Part shown: piece by piece, positions 21,134 through 31,111 of the stretch
Numbering within the stretch: position 1 is the stretch's first letter
Layout of the letters: each line of letters begins with the position of its first letter
Assembly: GCA_913050325.1 (NCBI GenBank)
Contig: CAJWZP010000002.1
Coordinates: forward strand, 66,180 to 130,179
DNA: 64,000 nt
From: an uncultured bacterium
GTDB taxonomy: Bacteria; Desulfobacterota_D; UBA1144
Reading direction: 5' to 3'
Notes under the pieces: generated by a model
Told to the model about the DNA's origin: nothing
The model's database searches: none
The model's input: only the letters and a program-made list of their open reading frames with translations
Position numbers and translations under genes: made by a program

Positions 21134-22874
21134 GCTCAATTCCTAGTTCTTCCAGCTGATTTTTAGAAAAAACTTTAGAAGGTGCATCTGTAAGCAAGCA
21201 AGAGCTTTTTTGAGTTTTTGGAAATGCAATAACATCCCTAATTGAATCAGACTTAGTAAGAAGCATTAAGATTCTATCTAATCCCAAAGCAAGCCCACCA
21301 TGAGGAGGAGTTCCACTCTCAAGAGCATTTAGTAAGAATTCAAAGTTTTTTAAATATTCATCTTTAGAAATTTTAAGAATTTCAAAAATTTTTTCTTGTA
21401 AATCTCTTTTATGAATTCTAATGCTACCTCCACCAAGCTCAATTCCGTTTAAGACAATATCATAAGCTTTAGATTTGATTTTAGTAAAATCACTAAAATC
21501 ATTATTTTCTTCTGGCATTGTAAAAGGGTGATGAACGGATGTTAGGTTATTTTTATCATTAATAAAAAGTGGGAAATCAACAATCCAAACAAATTTATAA
21601 TCATCATAATTTATAAGTTTTAAATCTTCTCCCAATTTGAGTCTGACTGCAGACAAGTATTTATTAACTTCTTCTATATCTCCAGCACCAAAGAAAACTA
21701 TATCACCGGTCTTTAAATCTAATTTATTTTTTAAATCACTGAGTTCACTTTCACTGAAAAATTTTATAATTGGTGATTGAAGACCATCCTCATTCACTTT
21801 AATCCATGCTAAACCTTTTGCTCCATGTTCTTGAGCATATAAAGTTAATTCATCAATATCTTTTCTAGATATTGAAGCATTTTCAACTTTTATAGATTTA
21901 ATTGTGCCATTGTTTGTAATAACATCTTTAAATACTTTAAAATCAGTATCTTTAAATACATTAGTGATATCTGTAAGTTCTAATCCAAATCTCATATCAG
22001 GTCTATCATTTCCAAATCTATTCATTGACTCTTGATAAGTAAGCCGCTCAAATTTGGATTCAAATTTTAAATTTAGTATTTTACTGAAAATTTCTTTAAT
22101 AAGTTCCTCGGTAGTTTCGATGATGTTTTCTTCATTAACAAAAGACATTTCAAAATCTATTTGGGTAAACTCGGGTTGACGGTCTGCTCTCAAATCTTCA
22201 TCTCTGAAACATCTTACAATTTGAAAATATCTATCAAAACCAGATGTCATTAGTATTTGTTTTAAAATTTGTGGCGATTGAGGTAAAGCAAAAAAATGAT
22301 TTTTATATATTCTACTTGGAACCAAATAGTCCCTAGCGCCTTCAGGGGTTGATTTTGTCAAATAAGGTGTTTCAACTTCAATAAATTGTCTATCTTCGAA
22401 AAATTTTCTAACTATTTGCATAGTTTGACTCTTTATGAGGAAATTTTTATTTATATTGGGTCTTCTTAGATCAAGATACCTATACTTTAATCTAACGTTC
22501 TCATCAGTGTCAATGTTTTCATCTATTTGAAAAGGCAATGGTATACAAGTATTTAATATATTTACTTCTTCAACAATAATTTCAATTCTTCCAGTTGGAA
22601 TCTTTACATTTATACTATTTTCACCTCTTTCTCTTACCTTGCCCTTAATTTGGATAACATATTCGTTTCTAATTTTCTCCATAATAGCATGAGCTTTTGA
22701 ATTAATTTCTGGATCAGAAACAATTTGTATAATCCCAGTTCTATCTCTTAAATCAATAAATATAAGACCCCCGTGATCTCTTATAGTCGAAGCCCAGCCT
22801 GATAACTCAACCGATTTATCAATATTGTTTTCATCAATATCGTTACAATAAGATGTTCTCATATTTGTTTTCAT
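21108..22874 (-). CDS. aspS: aspartate--tRNA ligase
   Basis: 588 aa with an N-terminal OB anticodon-binding domain and class II motifs ([18 protein letters not shown]; [14 protein letters not shown]). Confidence 0.95.
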   Translation of the reverse strand: MKTNMRTSYCNDIDENNIDKSVELSGWASTIRDHGGLIFIDLRDRTGIIQIVSDPEINSKAHAIMEKIRNEYVIQIKGKVRERGENSINVKIPTGRIEIIVEEVNILNTCIPLPFQIDENIDTDENVRLKYRYLDLRRPNINKNFLIKSQTMQIVRKFFEDRQFIEVETPYLTKSTPEGARDYLVPSRIYKNHFFALPQSPQILKQILMTSGFDRYFQIVRCFRDEDLRADRQPEFTQIDFEMSFVNEENIIETTEELIKEIFSKILNLKFESKFERLTYQESMNRFGNDRPDMRFGLELTDITNVFKDTDFKVFKDVITNNGTIKSIKVENASISRKDIDELTLYAQEHGAKGLAWIKVNEDGLQSPIIKFFSESELSDLKNKLDLKTGDIVFFGAGDIEEVNKYLSAVRLKLGEDLKLINYDDYKFVWIVDFPLFINDKNNLTSVHHPFTMPEENNDFSDFTKIKSKAYDIVLNGIELGGGSIRIHKRDLQEKIFEILKISKDEYLKNFEFLLNALESGTPPHGGLALGLDRILMLLTKSDSIRDVIAFPKTQKSSCLLTDAPSKVFSKNQLEELGIELIEDEDQQ

Positions 22875-22936
22875 AATTGGAATTTAATCTTAACTTTATT
22901 TATTAAACTCTACAAGAAAGAGTATAATGAATTTCA

Positions 22937-23818
22937 ATGGATAATTTTAAGTCTGGTACAGTTTCGATAATTGGCAGACCAAATACGGGGAAATCAACTC
23001 TAATCAATTTAATTACTGATAGACGAATTTCTGCAGTTAGTGATAAACCAAATACAACACGTAACAAGATTCTGGGTGTTTTAAATACCTCCGAGCTTCA
23101 AGTTTTATTTCTTGATACTCCCGGTATTGAAAAAAGTAATAAATTTTTAAATAAATTGATGGTTCAATCTTCAATGCAAGCTATAGGAGATGCAGATCTT
23201 ATTTTATTGCTTATTGATGCTACTAAAAAAATTATTCCAGAAGACATAGAAATATTTAGAAAAATTCAAGATAAAAATTGTATAGCTGTTATTAATAAAA
23301 TTGATTTAATTAAGAAAAGTAAAATTTTAAAAATGATTGAAACATTAAATAAAGACTATAATTTTATTAAAAGTTATATACCTATTAGTGCATTAGAGAA
23401 TAAAGGAATTAATTTCTTGATGGACGAGCTAAAAAAATATTTACCTAATAATTATAAGATTCTTCCAGATGATTTTGTTACTGATCAACCAGAAAAATTT
23501 TATATTTCTGAAATAATAAGAGAAAAAATTTATGTAAATTTTTATAAAGAAGTTCCTTACAGAACTGCTGTAGTTATTGAAGAAATAATAAGCAAAAAAA
23601 ATGTAATTGTAATTCAAGCATATATTATTGTTGAAAGTTCTCAGCATAAACAAATTATTTTAGGTAAGAAGGGTGAGATGATAAAAAAAATTGGTCAAGA
23701 AAGCAGACTTGAAATTGAAAAGTTTTTAGAGTGTAAAATTTATTTAGATTTACGTGTAAAAATTGATTCAACTTGGTTAAAAACTAAAGATAAAGCATTT
23801 AATTATTCAAATATATAA
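22937..23818 (+). CDS. era: GTPase Era
   Basis: 293 aa with G1 GRPNTGKST, G3 DTPG, G4 NKID, and a C-terminal KH domain. Confidence 0.93.
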   Translation: MDNFKSGTVSIIGRPNTGKSTLINLITDRRISAVSDKPNTTRNKILGVLNTSELQVLFLDTPGIEKSNKFLNKLMVQSSMQAIGDADLILLLIDATKKIIPEDIEIFRKIQDKNCIAVINKIDLIKKSKILKMIETLNKDYNFIKSYIPISALENKGINFLMDELKKYLPNNYKILPDDFVTDQPEKFYISEIIREKIYVNFYKEVPYRTAVVIEEIISKKNVIVIQAYIIVESSQHKQIILGKKGEMIKKIGQESRLEIEKFLECKIYLDLRVKIDSTWLKTKDKAFNYSNI

Positions 23819-23819
23819 T

Positions 23820-24593
23820 TTAATTTCCCTTAAAGTTAGGATTTCTTTTTTGATTAAAAGCCTCTCTTCCCTCAATAAAATCATCACTGTTTTGTATTTT
23901 GTTTATTAAATCTTTTATTTCATCAAAATCTTCTTGTTTTTGTATTTGTGATTTTTCAAAAGAATTAATAGATTTCTTAAATAATTTCAGAGATAAAGGT
24001 GCATTGGTTGAAATTTTTTTACATAAATCAATTGCATCATTGATTGTATTTTTACTTTCTGATAAAAAGTTAGCTATTCCCATATTAATAGCATCTTTTG
24101 AATCAAATTTATCAGCAGTAATAAAAATTCTTCTTGTATTTGAAATACCAATACAATTTATAAAATTTTTTATCCCGCTATAACTATAAGGGATCCCTAG
24201 TCTTGCAGGAGGAATACAAAAAATTGCGGATTTAGAAAAAAATCTAAAATCACAACATATAGCAATTTCTAAAGCACCACCGAAAATATGACCGCTTATG
24301 GCCGCTATGAATATTTTACTAGATTCTTTAATTCTTTGAGTAATTTGAATCAAAGGATGATTATTGTCATTATAATCTTCCTTAATAGAAGATATGTCGT
24401 ATCCTGAAGAAAATATCTTATCATTCGAACTTTTTAATAATATACAAGTTATTTCAGCATTTTCTTCAATTGAATCAATGAAATTTATTATTTCTTTAAT
24501 CATTTTTGGTGTAAAGGCATTCTTTTTTTCTGGATTATCTATAGTAATTAATCCCAATTTGTTATCTATATCAAATTTAACAAAACTTTCCAT
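23820..24593 (-). CDS. enoyl-CoA hydratase/isomerase (crotonase) family protein
   Basis: 257 aa with a crotonase fold (ITIDNPEKKNAFTPKMIKEI...GHIFGGALEIAICCDFRF). Confidence 0.8.
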   Translation of the reverse strand: MESFVKFDIDNKLGLITIDNPEKKNAFTPKMIKEIINFIDSIEENAEITCILLKSSNDKIFSSGYDISSIKEDYNDNNHPLIQITQRIKESSKIFIAAISGHIFGGALEIAICCDFRFFSKSAIFCIPPARLGIPYSYSGIKNFINCIGISNTRRIFITADKFDSKDAINMGIANFLSESKNTINDAIDLCKKISTNAPLSLKLFKKSINSFEKSQIQKQEDFDEIKDLINKIQNSDDFIEGREAFNQKRNPNFKGN

Positions 24594-24637
24594 ATTCGTT
24601 ATATTAGTCTATATTATCTCTTTTAAAAGGATTAATT

Positions 24638-25180
24638 ATGCCAGTATATGAATTTGAATGTAGAGAATGTATGTCTAGTTACAATAAGGCTATTGATAAA
24701 CTCGTCAAAAATCTTAATAAAAAATATGCCGCAGATTTATACAAGAAAAATAAAAATTTTAAATATATAGAATTATTAAATCCTAAGACAGATAAAACAA
24801 TTTTTTCTGTCGGTAAAGAAGGAAACAAAGGTATTAGAAGATTTAGATATAAGTTAGATGAAAAAAAGTTTCTATATCTTGAAATAATTGATTTTAAATT
24901 TAGCGAACTTTTTTTTGAAGGTGATAAAGTTGAAGACATTGAATGCCCTAACAATAAAAAGTGTAAAGATATACATAGAGTTTTTTCCGCTTTTAAAGCT
25001 ATATTTGAAAAAAGAGGAGGAGCTAAAGATAGAGCTCCTAAACCTGGAGACCCTTTAAGTTGGCACAAAGATTACAAAGTTATGAAAGATGAAGAGCAAG
25101 CTTCTAATTGGGTTGGACAAGACCATTTAAATCAATATTTTGGTAATTCTCAACATGATGGTTCTTATGGATCAGATTAA
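24638..25180 (+). CDS. FmdB-like zinc-ribbon protein with a ~90-aa insertion between the two Cys knuckles (paralog A)
   Basis: 180 aa. The N-terminus MPVYEFECRECMS matches the FmdB-family start (MPxYEYxCxxC). The second knuckle is CPNNKKC, followed by RVFSAFKAIF..G (compare FmdB CPxCGxx.RLIS..F.F). Has a disordered Gly/Asp/Ser-rich tail. Confidence 0.6.
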   Translation: MPVYEFECRECMSSYNKAIDKLVKNLNKKYAADLYKKNKNFKYIELLNPKTDKTIFSVGKEGNKGIRRFRYKLDEKKFLYLEIIDFKFSELFFEGDKVEDIECPNNKKCKDIHRVFSAFKAIFEKRGGAKDRAPKPGDPLSWHKDYKVMKDEEQASNWVGQDHLNQYFGNSQHDGSYGSD

Positions 25181-25191
25181 GGAGAAAGTTA

Positions 25192-25734
25192 ATGCCATTA
25201 TATGAATTTGAATGCGTACCATTAAGAAAAAATATTTTAGATTCAATAGTTTCTATTGAAAAAAAACCAACTAAGAAAACAATCGAATCAATTGTAAAAA
25301 AGTATTCAAATATAAATTTAATAATACTTGTAGACCTTGATAAAGAAAAAGAAATTGCAAGATTTGGAGAGGCTATGGATTCCGATATTGATATTGATCT
25401 TTATGTAAATGATGGAAAAATAATGGCCTTATATTCCGTAACTAATTTTAGATTTTCTGAGCTTGTTATGAGTGAAGAAGATGAAAAAAATATTAAATGT
25501 CCATGTTGTAATAAAAAACAGAAAGTTGAAAGAGTTATTTCTTCATTTTCTTACACTAGTGACTTATCAACAAACCCACCTAAGCCACCTGGTGTTAAAG
25601 ATTTACCTAAAGAAATTCAGGGAAAATTTGCTACTACAGAGTACGTTGAAGAGAAAGATAAGCCAGCGAATATCAAAAGAGACAATAGATATAAGCATCA
25701 ATATCAAGATAAATCCAAAACAAAAATACTTTAA
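25192..25734 (+). CDS. FmdB-like split zinc-ribbon protein, paralog B (first knuckle degenerate)
   Basis: 180 aa. Starts MPLYEFECVPL (one Cys only). Shares F(K/R)FSEL, CPxxxKKxK..RVxSxF and PKP blocks with the upstream paralog. GGAG SD 8 nt upstream. Confidence 0.6.
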   Translation: MPLYEFECVPLRKNILDSIVSIEKKPTKKTIESIVKKYSNINLIILVDLDKEKEIARFGEAMDSDIDIDLYVNDGKIMALYSVTNFRFSELVMSEEDEKNIKCPCCNKKQKVERVISSFSYTSDLSTNPPKPPGVKDLPKEIQGKFATTEYVEEKDKPANIKRDNRYKHQYQDKSKTKIL

Positions 25735-25957
25735 TAGATCTTTCTTTTACAAAATCTATAAATTTAATTAAAATTGGAAGTTTTTCATCTGGAATGTCTT
25801 TATAGGAACATCCAAATTTAGTTTTTATAAGTACCAAAATATGAGCATAAGGGTTCCTTCCCTTAGGATGATTTGGAGATTCTGGTAATTTTCCTTTAAG
25901 TTCATCACCAGTTTTTGTTATATGCTTCCAGGCAATTTTCTTATTATCTTCATTCAT
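25673..25957 (-). CDS. hypothetical small protein (94 aa); overlaps the 3' end of the upstream plus-strand gene by 62 nt
   Basis: Single ORF with no internal Met: MNEDNKKIAWKHITKTGDELKGKLPESPNHPKGRNPYAHILVLIK.... Its composition is protein-like and it fills what would otherwise be a 215-nt gap, which is atypical for this genome. No recognisable family. Confidence 0.35.
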   Translation of the reverse strand: MNEDNKKIAWKHITKTGDELKGKLPESPNHPKGRNPYAHILVLIKTKFGCSYKDIPDEKLPILIKFIDFVKERSIKVFLFWIYLDIDAYIYCLF

Positions 25958-26612
25958 CTAAAGTATAGTCTTTTTTTGTTTTACCTATTCTTCTTTCAAG
26001 TTCTTTAAAAATTTCTGAAATATCAATATTATGATATGAAATTGCTACCATCATATGATATAAGAGATCTGTATATTCATAAATTATTTTATCTCTTTCT
26101 CCATTTTCGGATGCTTCTATTGATTCATCAGACTCTTCTTTAACTTTTGATAAGATTTTTTTTAAGCCATCTTTAAATAGTGACTGTGTATATGATTTAC
26201 CATTATCAACATTTTCTTTTCTATCTTCAATAATTTTGAAAACCTCATTAATTATTTGCGTTTCTAACAAAGGAACTTCTCTTTCTTTATTATCTATATC
26301 GATATTAAAACATGATTTAGTATTTGTGTGACAAGCCGGACCGTCAGGATTAACTGTATATAAGAGACAGTCTTTATCACAATCAATATATATATTTACA
26401 ATATTAAGCCTATTTCCAGATGTTGATCCTTTTTCCCATAATTCTTTTCTGCTTCTACTCCAAAAATGCGCAATATTGGTAGTGATTGATTTTCTTATAG
26501 CTTCTTCATTGCTGAAGGCAAACATAAGAATATCACCACTGTTATAATCTTGGACAATTGTCGGGACTAAACCACTATCATTGTATTTAATATCGTTTAT
26601 AATTGAATTCAT
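25950..26612 (-). CDS. hisI: bifunctional phosphoribosyl-AMP cyclohydrolase / phosphoribosyl-ATP pyrophosphatase HisIE
   Basis: HisI domain (TIVQDYNSGDILMFAFSNEEAIRKS...CDKDCLLYTVNPDGPACHT) plus a C-terminal HisE domain (YTQSLFKDGLKKILSKV...YEYTDLLYHMMV). The ATG at 26612 (MNSIINDIKY) is preferred over the TTG at 26651 that the ORF track uses. Confidence 0.85.
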   Translation of the reverse strand: MNSIINDIKYNDSGLVPTIVQDYNSGDILMFAFSNEEAIRKSITTNIAHFWSRSRKELWEKGSTSGNRLNIVNIYIDCDKDCLLYTVNPDGPACHTNTKSCFNIDIDNKEREVPLLETQIINEVFKIIEDRKENVDNGKSYTQSLFKDGLKKILSKVKEESDESIEASENGERDKIIYEYTDLLYHMMVAISYHNIDISEIFKELERRIGKTKKDYTLDE

Positions 26613-26651
26613 ATTAGTTGTTATATAACAATATAATAGTGAGGAAATCAA

Positions 26652-26849
26652 ATGGCTAGAGTTACTATAGAAGATTGTTTAGAGAAGGTTACAAATAGGT
26701 TTGAGTTGTCAGTTGCAGCTATGAAAAGAGCTAAATCAATTCATTCAGGTTCACCTTCTTTATCTAAAGAAAAAAATAAACCTGTTGTTTCTGCATTAAG
26801 AGAAATAGCTGAAGACAAGGTCGTTGCTGTTAAAAAACCAACTGAATAG
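26652..26849 (+). CDS. rpoZ: DNA-directed RNA polymerase subunit omega
   Basis: 65 aa; [30 protein letters not shown] is the RpoZ signature; AGTGAGGA SD. Confidence 0.9.
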   Translation: MARVTIEDCLEKVTNRFELSVAAMKRAKSIHSGSPSLSKEKNKPVVSALREIAEDKVVAVKKPTE

Positions 26850-26861
26850 TTTTTAAATTCA

Positions 26862-27449
26862 ATGAAATTAATTGATCCAATTAAGAAGTATCTTATGGAT
26901 AAAAACTACGTCTATGAGATAGATACTACCTCTAATAATAAATACTCATCCATCTCTTTAATTATCAGAGATATTGAAGATGATATTGAACTCCTTTTTA
27001 TAAAAAGAGCTAAAAGAAAAGGTGACCATTTTTCAGGACATATGGCATTTCCTGGTGGTGTAAAAGAGAAATATGATAAAGATTTATTTCAAACCGCCCT
27101 TAGAGAAACAGATGAGGAAGTAGGAATCAATCTAAAAAAAGATGCTGAATACTTAGGTAATCTTGAACAGTATAAACCCGTAAATCCGGCGGCTAATAAA
27201 TTCTTAGTATCTCCTTTCATTTTTTATCTTAAGAAAAATAATATCAAATTAACTCTTAACTCGGATGAGGTGGATGATATTGTATGGGTGCCATTTAATA
27301 TATTGATTTCAATGCTTGATAAAAGCCCCAGAACCAGTGTTAAATATGATAAACCTTATAAGGATTATACCTTTGAATACAAAGGATATAAGATCTGGGG
27401 AATGACAGGGAAAATATTGTATAGATTTTTAACAAATATTTATAGGTGA
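26862..27449 (+). CDS. NUDIX hydrolase (CoA pyrophosphatase-like)
   Basis: 195 aa with the Nudix box GHMAFPGGVKEKYDKDLFQTALRETDEEVGI. Confidence 0.8.
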   Translation: MKLIDPIKKYLMDKNYVYEIDTTSNNKYSSISLIIRDIEDDIELLFIKRAKRKGDHFSGHMAFPGGVKEKYDKDLFQTALRETDEEVGINLKKDAEYLGNLEQYKPVNPAANKFLVSPFIFYLKKNNIKLTLNSDEVDDIVWVPFNILISMLDKSPRTSVKYDKPYKDYTFEYKGYKIWGMTGKILYRFLTNIYR

Positions 27450-27496
27450 AAGTTAAAAATTTTTGCTTTGAATCATATAGGTGATAGAATAAAAAA

Positions 27497-27916
27497 ATGG
27501 GAAGCGTTAATAAAGTAATTTTATTAGGAAGACTTGGTGCTGACCCTGAGTTGAAATATACACAAGATCAAACTCCGGTATCAAACTTCAGTATTGCAAC
27601 ATCAATTAGCTACAAAAATAAAAGTGGTGAAAAAATTGATAAAACTTCATGGCATAGATGTGTAGCATGGAGAAAAACAGCTGAAACGATTAATCAATAT
27701 TTTAAAAAAGGTAATCAAATTTATATAGAGGGGTCACTGGAGTCAAGATCTTTTGAGGATCAAAATGGAGACAAGCGTTTCATTACTGAAGTTCTTGTAA
27801 ACAACTTTCAATTTGTTGATTCAAAATCTTCATCTAGTGAATCTGCTATTGGTGATGATAGCTTCTTAGATGATTTTGAAGTAGGTAGTTCAAGCTCAGA
27901 TGATGTTCCTTTTTAA
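27497..27916 (+). CDS. ssb: single-stranded DNA-binding protein
   Basis: 139 aa with an OB fold (VNKVILLGRLGADPELKYT...TSWHRCVAWRKTAE) and an acidic tail ending DDVPF. Confidence 0.92.
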   Translation: MGSVNKVILLGRLGADPELKYTQDQTPVSNFSIATSISYKNKSGEKIDKTSWHRCVAWRKTAETINQYFKKGNQIYIEGSLESRSFEDQNGDKRFITEVLVNNFQFVDSKSSSSESAIGDDSFLDDFEVGSSSSDDVPF

Positions 27917-27923
27917 AAGATAA

Positions 27924-29306
27924 ATGCCAAAACAAAATATAAACATCATACTTCTTTGTGCTGGCAAAAGCTCAAGAATGGGTTTAAATGTACCTAAAGT
28001 TATATTAAAAATTAACGGTAAAAGTATTCTCTCTAGAACTCTTGAAACTATTCAAAAAGTTAATCCACAAAAGATAATAATAGTTGTTGGCTATAAAAAA
28101 GAAATGGTAATTAACGAAGCCATGAAGCTAGGATATAAAAATTTACATTTTGTAACTCAAAATAATCAAAATGGAACTGGACATGCAGTTAAGATAGCTT
28201 CAAAAAAAATTAGTACTAATTCAACGTCTATAGTTTTAAATGGTGACACACCCTTTATAAGTCATGAAATTATTAATAATTCTTTAAAAACATTTATTAG
28301 GAACTCTGCTGATTTATTACTAGCTACATCATCATTAGATGACCCGACCGATTATGGAAGAATTATCAGGCAAAGAAATAAAATTATTAAAATAATCGAA
28401 GAGAAAAATTGCAGTAAAGAAGAAAAAAAAATTAATGAAATAAACTGTGGACTTTATATCTTTAAATCTAAAAATCTAATTACTAAAATTAAGACACTTA
28501 AAAAAAATATCAAGAAAGAATATTATTTAACAGACATGGTTGAAATCTATTCAAATGATAGAAAAAAAATTATATCTTACAATGTTATTGATAAAGCAAG
28601 ATTTTTAAATATAAATAATACTGAAGAACTGTATAAAGCACATGAAATTGATAGAAAATATTTTTATTATGAATGCTTAAAAAAAGATATAACATTAACC
28701 GATCCTTCAACAATTCATATTTCACCTTCTGTTAAGCTGTCAAAAAATATTAAAGTTGGTTCAAATGTAATCATAGAAGGTCAATCTTCAATTGAATCCA
28801 ACGTAGAGATTGTTGGAAATGTATATATAAAAGATAGTGTTATTAAATCAAATTCTATTATTAAACCTTTTGTAAATATCATAAATTCAAAAATAGGAAC
28901 AAACTCACAGATTGGACCATTTAGTAATTTAAGGCCATCGACTGTGCTGAAATCAAATACTAAAATTGGAAATTTTGTAGAGATTAAAAAAAGTACTATA
29001 GGTGATAATTCTAAAGTTCCACACCTATCTTACATTGGTGATACTGAAATGGGTTCAAACGTAAATGTTGGGGCAGGAAGTATTACTTGTAATTATGATG
29101 GGTTTGAAAAGCATAAAACAGTTATTAAAGATAACGTATTTCTGGGTAGTGATACTAAGTTAGTAGCTCCTATAATCATAGGAAAAGAATCTACAACTGG
29201 TGCAGGAACAGTATTATCAAAAGATTTACCTGATGGAAGTCTAGGTATAACAAGAGTTAAAGAAAAACATCTTCCAAACTGGAAAAGGAAGCCCAAGAAG
29301 AAATAA
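27924..29306 (+). CDS. glmU: bifunctional UDP-N-acetylglucosamine pyrophosphorylase / glucosamine-1-phosphate N-acetyltransferase
   Basis: 460 aa with an N-terminal nucleotidyltransferase (LLCAGKSSRMG) and C-terminal hexapeptide (left-handed beta-helix) repeats. Confidence 0.9.
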   Translation: MPKQNINIILLCAGKSSRMGLNVPKVILKINGKSILSRTLETIQKVNPQKIIIVVGYKKEMVINEAMKLGYKNLHFVTQNNQNGTGHAVKIASKKISTNSTSIVLNGDTPFISHEIINNSLKTFIRNSADLLLATSSLDDPTDYGRIIRQRNKIIKIIEEKNCSKEEKKINEINCGLYIFKSKNLITKIKTLKKNIKKEYYLTDMVEIYSNDRKKIISYNVIDKARFLNINNTEELYKAHEIDRKYFYYECLKKDITLTDPSTIHISPSVKLSKNIKVGSNVIIEGQSSIESNVEIVGNVYIKDSVIKSNSIIKPFVNIINSKIGTNSQIGPFSNLRPSTVLKSNTKIGNFVEIKKSTIGDNSKVPHLSYIGDTEMGSNVNVGAGSITCNYDGFEKHKTVIKDNVFLGSDTKLVAPIIIGKESTTGAGTVLSKDLPDGSLGITRVKEKHLPNWKRKPKKK

Positions 29307-31082
29307 ATGTGTGGAATATACTCATCATTATCAACAAATAAAATATTATGTTCAGATTTTTTAATCTCTTTAAAAGAACTCGAATATAGAGGATACGATT
29401 CAGCGGGTCTAGTAACTCTTGATAAAAATAAAAAATATAAATCTTATAAAACACTTTCAAAAATTGATGATTTGAAATTAAAAATATCAAAAGAGGAGTC
29501 TTCGAGTTTACTTATTGGTCATACCCGGTGGGCAACACACGGAAAACCAAACATTAAAAACTGTCATCCTCATATCATTGAAAACTTATCTATTGTCCAT
29601 AATGGTGTTGTTGAGAATTATGATGATTTAAAAAAAAATAAGATCTTTAAAAATGTAAAATTTAAAACAGATACTGATACAGAAATGATTCTTTTATTAA
29701 TTTATAATTATTGTAAATCTAATAGCTTTATTAACGCCGTAAAAAAAACAATTAAATTGATTAAAGGGTCAAATGCATTTGTATGTTCAAATATAGGAAA
29801 GGATATCAATGAATTAGCAGCATACAAAAATAACACGCCACTTTACTTTGGGATAAAAAATAATGGTGAAAAAGTTTTTTCCTCTGATGTAAATGCAATG
29901 TCGAATTCACTAAAAGGATATTATTATTTAGATAATAACGATATAATTCATATTACCAATAAAAATACAGCTCTTTACAATAAGAAAAATAAAAGAATAG
30001 TTTTAAAAAAAATTGTTGATTCAAATTTTAAAAAACCTAAAGTTGTCTCAAGTTGTTATACATATTCTGAAATTAAAGATCAAAAAAAAATAATTTCAAC
30101 TTATGGTAAAAATATTCAAAAAATCTATAAAGTGGTTAGAAAAATTAAAAAGCCTAATGAGATTAATATTATTGGGTGTGGATCTTCATATAATGCGGGG
30201 TTATTGGCAAAAGCTTTTTTAGAAAAAAACTCAAATATTCCTACATCCGTTTACCGTCCTTCCGAATTTAATTTTTTTTTAAATAATAAAAATAAATTAT
30301 TTATATTTATTTCTCAAAGTGGTGAAACCGCTGATATTTGCTCACTGATTGAATCCAAGAAGGAATTCTTTTCAAACTCATTATCAATAGTTAATAATGA
30401 TGATTCAAGATTAGTAAGAGAATCAAAATATAATATTAATCTTAATGTAGGTTTAGAAAGAGGAGTTGCAGCTACTAAAACTTTCTCCTCTCAAATATTA
30501 GTTTTGAATATAATATCAAAAATTTTATCTAAAGATAATAATAATTTAGTATTTCCATCAAGCTCTGTGATTAATAAATTATTTTCTTATGAAAAAGAAA
30601 TCATAAAGTTATCAAAAAAATATTCAAAATTTAAAAACCTTTTTGTTTTAGGTAGGAATTATAATTTCCCTATAGCGTGTGAAGCAGCTTTAAAAATAAA
30701 AGAAATATCATATATTCATGCAGAAGGAGCTCCATCATCTGAAATCAAACATGGACCTATTGCATTATTTGATAATAAATTCCCTGTTATTTTTTTAGTA
30801 TCGAATAAAAAAGAGACGATACATAGTGAAATTTCTAGCTTAAATGAAGTTATTTCTCGAACGAATAATATTTTTCTGATTGCTCCCGATACGGTTGTAA
30901 AAAAACTCGATCCAAAAACTTTATCAAAAATTGACGTGATAGCAGTTCCAGATTTTCAAAATGATATGGCTCCTATATTATATTTAATTATTTTGCAGCT
31001 TTTTTCATACCATTTAGCAAAAAGTAAAAAACTTAACATAGATCAACCAAGAAATTTAGCCAAGGTTGTCACAGTAGAATGA
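29307..31082 (+). CDS. glmS: glutamine--fructose-6-phosphate aminotransferase (isomerizing)
   Basis: 591 aa with an N-terminal nucleophile MCGI, two SIS domains, and the C-terminal ...VVTVE typical of GlmS. Confidence 0.93.
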   Translation: MCGIYSSLSTNKILCSDFLISLKELEYRGYDSAGLVTLDKNKKYKSYKTLSKIDDLKLKISKEESSSLLIGHTRWATHGKPNIKNCHPHIIENLSIVHNGVVENYDDLKKNKIFKNVKFKTDTDTEMILLLIYNYCKSNSFINAVKKTIKLIKGSNAFVCSNIGKDINELAAYKNNTPLYFGIKNNGEKVFSSDVNAMSNSLKGYYYLDNNDIIHITNKNTALYNKKNKRIVLKKIVDSNFKKPKVVSSCYTYSEIKDQKKIISTYGKNIQKIYKVVRKIKKPNEINIIGCGSSYNAGLLAKAFLEKNSNIPTSVYRPSEFNFFLNNKNKLFIFISQSGETADICSLIESKKEFFSNSLSIVNNDDSRLVRESKYNINLNVGLERGVAATKTFSSQILVLNIISKILSKDNNNLVFPSSSVINKLFSYEKEIIKLSKKYSKFKNLFVLGRNYNFPIACEAALKIKEISYIHAEGAPSSEIKHGPIALFDNKFPVIFLVSNKKETIHSEISSLNEVISRTNNIFLIAPDTVVKKLDPKTLSKIDVIAVPDFQNDMAPILYLIILQLFSYHLAKSKKLNIDQPRNLAKVVTVE

Positions 31083-31111
31083 GCTTACCTGGACAGTGTG
31101 CATATTTTTGA

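Noticed and set aside
24394-25068. Plus ORF 24394-24651 (85 aa) and minus ORF 24679-25068 (129 aa)
   Set aside because: These overlap the crotonase gene and zinc-ribbon gene A in antisense or alternate frames. The annotated frames have recognisable motifs; these do not.
25472-25771. 99-aa plus-strand ORF in an alternate frame of zinc-ribbon paralog B
   Set aside because: It shares its strand with, and is fully embedded in, the 25192-25734 frame, which carries the conserved paralog blocks.
29093-29490. Two minus-strand ORFs (67 and 77 aa) across the glmU-glmS junction
   Set aside because: Antisense to glmU/glmS conserved domains.
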